A stretch of DNA of 16,483 nucleotides from Leidyana gryllorum EB-2025a. Taxonomy: Eukaryota > Protista > Apicomplexa. The position numbers and the translations under genes were made by a program. Shown one piece after another: positions 1 to 8,700 of this stretch. Under the pieces are notes generated by a model. That model was given only the letters and a program-made list of their open reading frames with translations, was not told where the DNA came from and did not search any database. The stretch lies in the NCBI GenBank assembly GCA_048772705.1, contig JBLWGC010000008.1:1-16483 (forward strand). Direction: 5' to 3'. The stretch's first letter is position 1. Each line of letters opens with the position of its first letter.

Positions 1-168
1 GTGGTTCTGGGAGTGCGAGGGCTTAAATGATACGTTTCTGGGTTATTAGCGTCGAGCATCGTGGTCTAGCTTCTGTCTTTTGCAAAACAATAAACTACCG
101 CTACGGGTGTTACGTCTCTAGGGAGACGTTGTGTCTCTAGGAAGTTGTTACTTTCCTTTCACCTCTCA
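1..168 (-). repeat. 3' LTR of element A (cut by the window edge)
   Basis: Identical by eye to 9781-9948; starts TGAGAGGT on the minus strand directly after the PPT. Confidence 0.95.
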
Positions 169-178
169 CGCCCCCTCT
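169..178 (-). promoter_or_regulatory. Polypurine tract of element A
   Basis: Minus strand AGAGGGGGCG abutting the TG of the 3' LTR; overlaps the TAG stop (177-179) of the integrase frame. Confidence 0.8.
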
Positions 179-1035
179 AAAGAGCAACTTCCTGGGTGCC
201 GGGATCTCTCACTTGGAGACATAGGCGGTAAGCAGTGGCACTAGCACGGCTGGCCACTCGGCGTCTCTTCCGAGACCTTGACTTCGGGGCTGGCCGTAGG
301 TCAGTTCCCCGAGCGTGTAGTGTTGCCGTCAGCACATCCTCGGCCTTGGCGAGCGGCTTGGCGCGTAGGTCGGCGAGCTCGTCTAGCTCGGCGAGTTGGA
401 GCATCTCCGGCGCTTGCGGTGCAGCCAAGCGGAGCAGCTCCCCGACGGACACCGTTCTCTCTTCCTGCGGATCTCGGCAGGATTTAATGGTGGCGCCCGT
501 GCCTGACTCGCTCACCGCGATGACCTCATAAGGTAAGCTGAAGGTCGGGGTGAAGCGGCTCGCGCCGTAGTGGCGAGTCAGTGCAGCGCGCTCACCTTCG
601 CTGAGGCGGACGACGACGGTGTCTCCGACCTCAGGGAGGTAGCGTACGGCTGGGCGGCGAGCGTCGGCTGCTTTTGCCGAGAGTTGCACGGCGTGCTGCC
701 TCGCCAGTTCCAGAAGTTGGAGACGGTCTCCCGTGTCCAGTGTAGGCTGGAGGGCGTCTAACTCTTGGCTCGTCGGGGTGCCCATGGGTAGCCCCGAGAG
801 CATGAAGAAGGGGGGCTCACCCAATGCGGGGTGATGCGTGGCTCGATAGGCGTACATTACTGTGGCCACTGCGGTTGGTAAGGGGAGGCTGGACTGGGCC
901 ACGAGCGCGTTGAGTCCACGGTTCAGGAACTGGTGAAAGGCCTCGCATACTGCGTTCCCTTGCTTGTGGGCTTTCCAGGTGTACATGACCTGGATGCCAT
1001 GGCGCCTCGCGTCTTCCTGGAACGACTCGGCCCTG
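177..1035 (-). pseudogene. pol: C-terminal part of element A integrase (catalytic Glu region, SH3-like tail, basic C-terminus), separated from the main ORF by a 1-bp frameshift
   Basis: HKQGNAVCEAF matches the xPQxNGxxER integrase motif, followed by YAYRATHH..LGEPPF and VGDTVVV; removing one base at 1036-1038 joins it to ICDNGTAF of the upstream ORF. Confidence 0.88.
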
Positions 1036-4000
1036 AAAGGCCGTGCCGTTATCACAAATGAGCCTCGTTGGGGCTCCGTACCGGCAGATCCAATCCTCGT
1101 AGAGGACTCGCCAGGCAGTCTTGGCCGTTACGTCCGGGACTGCTATGGCCTCGGCCACTCGTAGGCAATGGTCAATCATCGTTTGGATGTAGTAGACCTT
1201 ACCACCCCAGGGGAAACTTCCTACGTGGTCAATGGCCACCGTGTCGAACGGGCGTGGAGTCACGTGGTCTCCGGGGCCAGCGGTGTTTACGATTGCTCGA
1301 CGGCGCGCGCAGATTTGGCATTGCCGCACCATCTCGGTTACGTCCGCTCGTAAGTTTGGCCAATAGAAGCGCCTCGCGATGGCTGCGGCTGTTCGCCTGA
1401 TCCCTTGGTGGGCGCCAACAGTACCACAGTGGTGGTAGAGAACGATTTGAGAACGGAGTGCGGCTGGCACATAGGCTCGCATGGACTCCGTCCACCAGAC
1501 TCCGCCCCTATGGGTGCAGCGGAAGGCGGTCGGCTCGCTCTCTGCGGCCGTCGCTGCTTTAAACTCTTCCAGCGTTGGCAGTGTGAAGCCAGTGTACGCT
1601 GGTTGAACCGAAATCTCGAGTCGGTTCAGGAGTGCGGTCAACGATATGCGGTCATCGATGACGGCATCCATCGGTTGGTCGTTGTCGATCCGGCTTAGGT
1701 GATCGACGTGACCCTGCAAAATCCCTTTACGGTAGTGGATCTCGAAGTCATACTCGCTCAGAGCGAGCGCCCATCGGGCGATCCGGCGGTTGGAGGCTGT
1801 CCAGAGCCACTTCAACCCCTCGTGGTCCGTACGGACTGTGAACGGTCGGTACCTCAGGTACTCGGCGTACTTCGCGATGGCACAGACGATGATGAAAGCT
1901 TCCAGTTCGCGGATAGGCCACTTCCTCTCCGCTTCCGACCATCGACGGGAGTAATAGGCGATTGGCCGGGGCTCTCCGTCGTCTCCGGGCTGCAGCAAGA
2001 TGGCACCTCCTCCGATCTCACTAGCGTCGGTGTCGAGGATGAACTCCTTATCCGGATCGGGGTACGCTAAGAGGACGTCCTGCGCAAGTGCCTCTTGCAG
2101 TGCGCGGTAGGCCGCGACGGTCTCTTCCGTCTCATCGATCGGCCCGTCTGCGCCCCCTTTGAACAGGTCGTACAGAGCACTCGAGATCTCGCCGAATTGG
2201 GGGATGAAGGTCCTGAAGTAGGATGCTAGCCCTAAGAACGAGCGAAGTTCCGACATCGTTCTGGGGAAGGGCGTCTCCATAACCGCCTTGACCTTGGCCG
2301 GGTTTGGCCGGATCCCATTCTCATTCACGACGTGCCCCAAGTACAGGATCTCCTTCTGGAGGGCCGATGACTTCTTGATGTTTAGGTACAGTTTCGCGTC
2401 AGTCAACCGTTTCAGGACCTCGTTGAGGGTCCGGTTGTGCTCATCGACGCTTCGCGAGTAGATGACGATATCATCCAAGTAAACTAGGACACCGTTCCCT
2501 AGTAGGGGTCCTAGCACTCTGTGCATGACTCGTTGGAAAGTGGCAGGCGCGTTCCGTAAGCCAAAAGGCATCGCCGTACAGGCGTACAGTCCTCGCGGGG
2601 TTACTATCGTCGTCTTCATCACGTCCTCCTCCGCCACCCTGATCTGATGGTACCCAGACTTCAGATCAAGAGATGTGAAGACGGCTGCTCCTCGCAGGGA
2701 CCAGACCAAGTGTTGGATGTGGGGGAGCGGGAACCTGTCCGGTACCGTGACTTTATTCAACTTGCGATAGTCAACGCAGATGCGTAGTTCGCCTGTCTTC
2801 TTGGGGACGATGACTACGGGCGAGGACCAGGGAGACCCTTCCACTGGTACCAGTGCTCCAACCTTCACGAGGTCGCCGAACTGGCGGTCCACTTCGGCCT
2901 CGGCGTCTGGGTGTAGGGGCCTGGCGCGCTGGAAGACAGGGCGTGCTCCAGGGGTGATCTCAATGCGGTGAGTCTCTATGTCGCACTTGGCGATGTGGGT
3001 CTTCGCCCAGCACGCCTCGTTCCGCTGGAAGATCTCCAGTACGTCTCTCTTGGCCTCTGGACCAAAGACATCTGACGTGATTGCCATCACGTCCTCGAGG
3101 GTCCGGTGGTCGATGGCTTGCTGAAGCTCAACGAGGTTCAGCTCATAGGTTCCGCCCGGTGCCTCGAGTGGCACGGTTTCCCCTCCTATCTCCAGTGTTC
3201 GTGTTGCGTAGTCTAATCGACTGGCGGTGCCCAGTAGGTATGTACGGCCGAGTAAGTCGCTGCCGACCGCCTCGTCTGGCACCACTAGACAGCGCTCCAG
3301 TGCTGTGGTTGTGCCCACGGTTATCGGGATGGTCACCTCTCCCAAGATCTGTACTGCTCCTCCTACGCCCTTCGCCCCGAGCTGGCTGGCTCCCACTGTA
3401 TCCGGCTGGGTCCCATGCTTCATCGCGTTCTGGAGTGTACTGCGCCTCAGGACTGTCACGTCCGCCCCAGGGTCCACCGTCATCACTATCGGAATATGAC
3501 CAACGAGAGCTTTCACGCTGCCGAAGCTCTGCGAGAATGCGATCGTCTCGGCTGGGCTCATGGCCTGCGGCTGGCATTGTACACGACCCACGTGGGCCTG
3601 AGTCGCGGTGGGGGTCTCACCGGTGGGTTGCTGCTGCTGTTCCGTCGGGGGCGTCATGTCTTCGTCCACCTGGGTGGGCTCTGTAGCGTTTCCGGTCGCA
3701 GCCTGCTGGGAGGCGTTCCGGATGGCGTCTCTCTTTTTGTCTCTCTGCCTGTCCCGGTTCTTCTGGTTCTTCATCGCCTCCTGCTGCTGCCGCTCTCGGA
3801 AGTAACCACCTAGCCTGCCCAGCGCCTCTTCGAGCGACTTGGGCTGCTTTACTACGATGTGAACGGCAGTCTTCCTTTGGTGGAGGACCATCTGCGACCC
3901 TAACTGGATCTCCTTGACTTCGCAGTCCTGCTCACGGTGTCCCTTCGTGCCACACTTTGGGCAGGGGAGGCGACACCGAGTCTCCGTGTGTCCGGCTTGC

Positions 4001-4497
4001 TGACACCGGTAGCAAATGATTGGGGGCTTTGCTGTGCCCGTAGTGCCTATTGGGGCTGACTCGCCCGCTACGTGGTACAGACGTGGCCAGGAGGAGATAG
4101 TCTCTTCCTCACTGGACTCAGAGTCTGACGTATATCGAGCGTTGAGGCTTCGTAGTGCCGCTACGACCTCAGCCAACGTCTCGGGACGGGGGTGGAGCCC
4201 GTGTAACTTCGCGTTTAAGGCCGGCGGGGCCATGCGGACTAGGGTCGCCACCCAGTCCGTTTCTCGACGCCGCTTCCGCGGGTCCCAACGCTTACTCAAC
4301 CTGTCGTGAGTCTTACGTAATGCCTTGAAGGTTCGGAGGGCCTCATTCAGTGTCTGGCACGGTGGTGGCCGCTGCGCTAGCTTCCGAATTTGACGGAACC
4401 AGTCTCCTCCCTCGAAGTGTTCGCGCACCAGCGCGTCGCAGAAAGCTGTTGCAGTCTCCGCCTGTATGTTCGAGGAGCTCAGAGTCTCTCCCAGAGA
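817..4497 (-). CDS. gag-pol: Element A gag-pol polyprotein, main part (Gag with two CCHC knuckles, aspartic protease, reverse transcriptase, RNase H, integrase N-half); disrupted
   Basis: CYRCQQAGHTETRC and CPKCGTKGHREQDC; VDPGAD protease; RICVDYRKLN, LDLKSGYHQ, MPFGLRNAP and YLDD of RT; LDTDAS, ELEA and TDH of RNase H; HHCC; IDHVG and CDNG. The track ORF 817..4608 gains its first 35 aa from the B1 LTR; residues after ~1036 are out of frame. Confidence 0.93.
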   Translation of the reverse strand, partial: SLGETLSSSNIQAETATAFCDALVREHFEGGDWFRQIRKLAQRPPPCQTLNEALRTFKALRKTHDRLSKRWDPRKRRRETDWVATLVRMAPPALNAKLHGLHPRPETLAEVVAALRSLNARYTSDSESSEEETISSWPRLYHVAGESAPIGTTGTAKPPIICYRCQQAGHTETRCRLPCPKCGTKGHREQDCEVKEIQLGSQMVLHQRKTAVHIVVKQPKSLEEALGRLGGYFRERQQQEAMKNQKNRDRQRDKKRDAIRNASQQAATGNATEPTQVDEDMTPPTEQQQQPTGETPTATQAHVGRVQCQPQAMSPAETIAFSQSFGSVKALVGHIPIVMTVDPGADVTVLRRSTLQNAMKHGTQPDTVGASQLGAKGVGGAVQILGEVTIPITVGTTTALERCLVVPDEAVGSDLLGRTYLLGTASRLDYATRTLEIGGETVPLEAPGGTYELNLVELQQAIDHRTLEDVMAITSDVFGPEAKRDVLEIFQRNEACWAKTHIAKCDIETHRIEITPGARPVFQRARPLHPDAEAEVDRQFGDLVKVGALVPVEGSPWSSPVVIVPKKTGELRICVDYRKLNKVTVPDRFPLPHIQHLVWSLRGAAVFTSLDLKSGYHQIRVAEEDVMKTTIVTPRGLYACTAMPFGLRNAPATFQRVMHRVLGPLLGNGVLVYLDDIVIYSRSVDEHNRTLNEVLKRLTDAKLYLNIKKSSALQKEILYLGHVVNENGIRPNPAKVKAVMETPFPRTMSELRSFLGLASYFRTFIPQFGEISSALYDLFKGGADGPIDETEETVAAYRALQEALAQDVLLAYPDPDKEFILDTDASEIGGGAILLQPGDDGEPRPIAYYSRRWSEAERKWPIRELEAFIIVCAIAKYAEYLRYRPFTVRTDHEGLKWLWTASNRRIARWALALSEYDFEIHYRKGILQGHVDHLSRIDNDQPMDAVIDDRISLTALLNRLEISVQPAYTGFTLPTLEEFKAATAAESEPTAFRCTHRGGVWWTESMRAYVPAALRSQIVLYHHCGTVGAHQGIRRTAAAIARRFYWPNLRADVTEMVRQCQICARRRAIVNTAGPGDHVTPRPFDTVAIDHVGSFPWGGKVYYIQTMIDHCLRVAEAIAVPDVTAKTAWRVLYEDWICRYGAPTRLICDNGTAFQGRVVPGRREAPWHPGHVHLESPQARERSMRGLSPVPEPWTQRARGPVQPPLTNRSGHSNVRLSSHASPRIG

Positions 4498-4502
4498 CCC
4501 GC
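4498..4502 (+). repeat. Target-site duplication of B1 (CCCGC), left copy
   Basis: CCCGC immediately precedes TGTAA at 4503 and recurs at 9468-9472. Confidence 0.95.
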
Positions 4503-4717
4503 TGTAAGGGCTGCGAGAAGTGTTTGACGGAAGCCGGCCGGAGCCGGTCATCCATGGTAAGTCTGTGTCTCCGGAGACCGGCCGGCCGGCAAAAGGAGAC
4601 ACGGACACACGTGTGTAGTGCCTTTTTACTTACGTGATTCGGCATCAACGAGAATAATGGACTTACGAAACGGCAAGGTACTCACCTTAGACAGTAGCAC
4701 AAGGAACCCGTGTTACA
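4503..4717 (+). repeat. 5' LTR of B1 (215 bp)
   Basis: TGTAA...TTACA termini; identical to 9253-9467. Confidence 0.97.
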
Positions 4718-5781
4718 CTGGTAGCAGTGCGCTTACCTTCGCCGTTGTGGAGAACGAAAGGCCGCAGGAGGGCCTTGAACCGGAACGCAGCTCAGATCAA
4801 CGGCGCCAAAAGGAGTCATTTCAAGCAACCGAACCACCGTCAGAACTCACAGATACGCCGGAAGGGGGGGACCTCAAGATGGAGGCCTTCATGCGCCGTT
4901 GGATTGAGGCAATGCAGACGATGAACTCGAAACCGAATCCAACCGGGATTAGCGGTACACGGAGAGCAAAAGGCGACGATGACAGCGACTTGATGTATCA
5001 AAAAGCGGACGCGGCGATCAGAAAGTACCCAGCGTTCGATGGTGAAAGACAAGGGGAAGCACGCGACTGGATCGACGGATGCAATGCCCGCTTCTTGACT
5101 GCCAAGGTGGAAGGGGAAGAGGCAAGGGTACGGGCGGCGTGTGGACTCTTCACAGCGTCGGCAGCGAGATGGCTAGCCAGATCACCAGAAATCCTACAAC
5201 TCCCCTGGGACCAATTCCGAACAACAATGATCAAGGAGTTCGACCCCAACAACACCTTAGACAACGACCTCACGCGAATGGCCAAGCTGCGAAAGACTGG
5301 AACCATGCAGCAGTACATCTCGGAATTCCGAAAGCTTGATAGAGGAGTCAGCGGAATAGACTTAGAGACTCGAACACACTTCTTTTTTAGTGGACTACCA
5401 CAGGCGGACAAGCAAGCACTTGCAGCTTGTATAGGAGAGCCGATCGCAGTTATATACGCCAGAGCCATGCAATACGCAGCAGTGCTAGAAAGGCCACAGA
5501 CGGAACAATGTTTTGCCATAGATCAGAGGGCCCGAACGGGTGTGGGCCGCAAGTGTAAGTACACTCATGATGAGTGTGCCAAGGAAAGGAGATGCTTCAA
5601 TTGTGGAGACAGAGGACACCTCGCATGGAAGTGCCCCGAGCCAAGAGACGACCGACCAGCAAAGCGGTTCGCGACTGGAAGACCAGCGAGACAGGAGAGA
5701 CCCACGAGGGCAGTTTACGCAACAGAGGAAGGAACCGAGGATTTTCGCGGAGGCCCCGAGCAAACGCCGACCGCTCAATAA
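4657..5781 (+). CDS. gag: Gag of B1 (capsid-like domain plus one CCHC zinc knuckle)
   Basis: PAFDGE..ARDW, A.RW, W..F...M...F, LRKTGTMQQYISEFRKL and FFSGL retrotrans-gag pattern; CFNCGDRGHLAWKC. First in-frame ATG is 4657 (inside the LTR); alternative ATG at 4879. Confidence 0.92.
   Translation: MDLRNGKVLTLDSSTRNPCYTGSSALTFAVVENERPQEGLEPERSSDQRRQKESFQATEPPSELTDTPEGGDLKMEAFMRRWIEAMQTMNSKPNPTGISGTRRAKGDDDSDLMYQKADAAIRKYPAFDGERQGEARDWIDGCNARFLTAKVEGEEARVRAACGLFTASAARWLARSPEILQLPWDQFRTTMIKEFDPNNTLDNDLTRMAKLRKTGTMQQYISEFRKLDRGVSGIDLETRTHFFFSGLPQADKQALAACIGEPIAVIYARAMQYAAVLERPQTEQCFAIDQRARTGVGRKCKYTHDECAKERRCFNCGDRGHLAWKCPEPRDDRPAKRFATGRPARQERPTRAVYATEEGTEDFRGGPEQTPTAQ
4719..4730 (+). promoter_or_regulatory. 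Primer binding site of B1, probably initiator tRNA-Met
   Basis: TGGTAGCAGTGC 1 nt after the LTR; TGGTAGCAG is complementary to the ...CUGCUACCA 3' end typical of eukaryotic tRNA-iMet. Confidence 0.8.
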
Positions 5782-8700
5782 ACAAGGGGCCCAAAAGAGA
5801 GGCTAACGGGACGCTGACAACGGTGTGGCAGCTGAGTCGGGACGAAAGAGGTCCGAAGATGGACGTTTGTGTCCTCGTGGACACGGGGGCAACTATACCA
5901 TGCATCAATGAAGCAACCACAAGGGGGTTGAACTTACGACGAACGGGTGACCACGCAACGCTCCGCACGGTCCAAGGCACATGTGGACGAGAACTAGCCG
6001 AAGCACAACTTTACACGAACCAAGGACAGTCAATTCGAATCAGAGGAGCACTACTCCCCAACATGCCGTATGACGTGATCATAAGCACATCAGTGATAGT
6101 CAAATTGGGGCTCTGCATTACCGTGACGAAAGGGAAGCGCTTGTGCATTTTAGAGAGATATGCGGTCGATGTGAAGGAGCCAACAAAGGAAGACTGGTGG
6201 GCGGACGAGCAGCTACATGCAGCAGAAGTGTATGTCACTGAAGACCTGGAGCGGACGTCAATGCAACCGTTAGACACACCAATAGACATTCCAGCAAAGT
6301 ACGCTCCCTTGATCCAAGCGTACCCAGAAATCACCCGAACGGAAACACCACTGCCGCCAGTGAGACCAGGTGTGGATCATCGGATCGAACTGAAAGATAA
6401 GAACACGACTCCATTCGTTCGAGCACCATATAGAGTACCTCAAAGATATATCACAGAGTTACGCAACCAGATAGTGGAGCTAAAGAAGGCCAAGAAGATT
6501 CAACTCAGCTCATCGAGCTGGGCATCACCGTGCCTCTTCGTACCCAAGAAGGACACGGCGGTGCCCAGGCTGGTCTGTGATTATAGAAGGCTGAATGACG
6601 CCACTCTAAAGATGGCGTCACCCATACCGGCGCTAGATGAGGCACTGCAAGCCTTAGCGGGTGCCACGTGGTTCTCCACACTAGACCTGAAAGCGGGATA
6701 CCACCAAATAAGAATGGCACCAGATTCATGCAGCCTTACCGCCTTCTCCACCCCGTGGGGACTGTACGAGTGGACAGTCATGCCCAACGGATTAACAAAC
6801 GCCCCGGCCACCTTTATGAACTTCATGAACCAGGTCTTTGCGGACCTGATAGGCACGTCAGTCTTCGTCTATCTGGACGATGTTTTAGTCTTCTCGAGAA
6901 CAGAGGAAGAACACGAGGATCACCTGCGGGAAGTGTTCGAAAGGCTCAAGCAGAATGATCTAATAATACACAACAGAAAGTCACATTTCTTCAAGCGCGA
7001 AGTGACTTACTTAGGGCACGTGATAGGAGAAAGCGGGGCGAAACCGATCAGCGAGAGAGTGGACACGCTGCGTGAATTGGCATACCCTACAACGCTGAAG
7101 GAAACGCAAAGGGTACTGGGCATGCTCAACTATTATCGACGATTTATACCTCACTTCGCCAACAAAGCACAGCCACTGTACCAACTGATGCACGGATGCA
7201 AACGCCCGAGTGATCGAGTGGCGGACACCGAGGAAGCGCGAGAGTCATTGGAACAACTGAAACGGAGCTTAGCAGAGGCGTCAACACTACGCCACCCGAC
7301 ACAACTAACGCAAGAGCTTACCATATATACCGATGCCAGTCTCACGGCAATTGGAGCAGCACTCCATCTCCCAGCGGAACAGGGGGGATGTCCTGTCGAA
7401 TTCATTTCAAGAACGCTCACAGCAGCCCAAACTCGTTACCCGACACACGAACGGGAACTCTTGGCGATAGTGGAGGCCTGCCGCCATTGGAGACACCTAT
7501 TAATAGGAAGGAAGACAACGATTATGACTGATCACAAACCGTTAACGCACCTACTATCACAATCACACCTGTCCGATAGGCAAGCCCGTTGGTTAATACA
7601 CTTGGCCGAACTCGATCTTGAAATAAAATACATACCAGGAACAAAAAATATAATTGCGGATCTATTGAGCCGACCGCGAAAACAGCGGAACGAACCAAGA
7701 CACAGAGAAACACAGGCGGAATGCAACGCCGTGGACCAGGCACCAGGGACGGACGCGGGCGAAGAGATCAGCGCACTAGAGGGCAGACTGAGAGATGCGT
7801 GGAAAGGACGCGAGGCTGAAGCAGGAAAGCAGGGAGAGGTCGAGTGGATCAATGGCTTACCAGTGACCCCAGACGGAACCATAGAAGTGCCAACAGATCT
7901 TAGCCTCATAAAGGATATCATTGAAGACAACCACGACAGCGCGCTCGCCGGACACTTAGCCGCGGACAAGACTATAGGCCGAATTCGAGCGCTCTTCAGC
8001 TGGAAAGGTCTGGCAATGGACACAGCGAACTACTGCAGGTCATGCGCAACATGCCAGAGGGCGAAAAAACGAGGACATAGGCCATATGGGCTACTCCACC
8101 CACTGTCGAACCCCACGCTTCCTTGGGCGGAGGTGGGGATCGATTTCCTGGAGCTACCAAAAGATCGCGAAACAGGAAAGGACTACCTTCTGGTAGTAGT
8201 GGACCGGCTCACCAGGCGACTGCGCCTGATCCCTTGCGAGAAATCGATCACCGCCAAAGATGCGGCGGAGCTGTTTCTGGATCAAGTGGTCAAGGTACAT
8301 GGAGCTCCAATGAAGATAGTGTCCGACCGCGACACGCGATTCGCGGCGGAGACATGGAAGGAGGTAATGAGGAGCATCGGTGCCCGCCCAGCCATGACGA
8401 CCGCATACCACCCCCAATCTAACGGCCTGACCGAGAGGGCCAACAGGTCGGTGTTGCAGATCTTGAGATGTGTGCTGGGAGGACACCGCGACAGGTGGAT
8501 GAATCACATACTGAGCACGGAGATGGCTTACAACTCCGCAGTCCAAGCATCGACAAGAATGAGCCCGCTCGAACTCGATACGGGACGAATAACATTCCTA
8601 CCGTCACGATTGAACGAGATTGCATCAACTAGGTCCACCATGGGGAAACTCCACCTACAAAAGATGCAGGAAGCCATTGACCGGCTGAGTGAAGCTACAG

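Noticed and set aside
89-94. AATAAA in the A LTR (also 9869-9874)
   Set aside because: On the strand antisense to A, a single hexamer, and host poly(A) signals are unknown; not supportable as a terminator
3081-3813. Overlapping antisense or alternative-frame ORFs (3081-3686, 3143-3577, 3415-3813) and similar 60-170 aa ORFs across the window
   Set aside because: Shadow ORFs of GC-rich retroelement coding sequence with no recognisable motifs; those repeated in B1 and B2 recur only because the DNA is duplicated
4557-4697. Sense-strand intron in the B LTR (GTAAGT at 4557; TACTCAC then AGs at 4690, 4694, 4697)
   Set aside because: Footprints including the TSD would be 86, 82 or 79 nt, none a multiple of 3, and the acceptors lack a good pyrimidine tract
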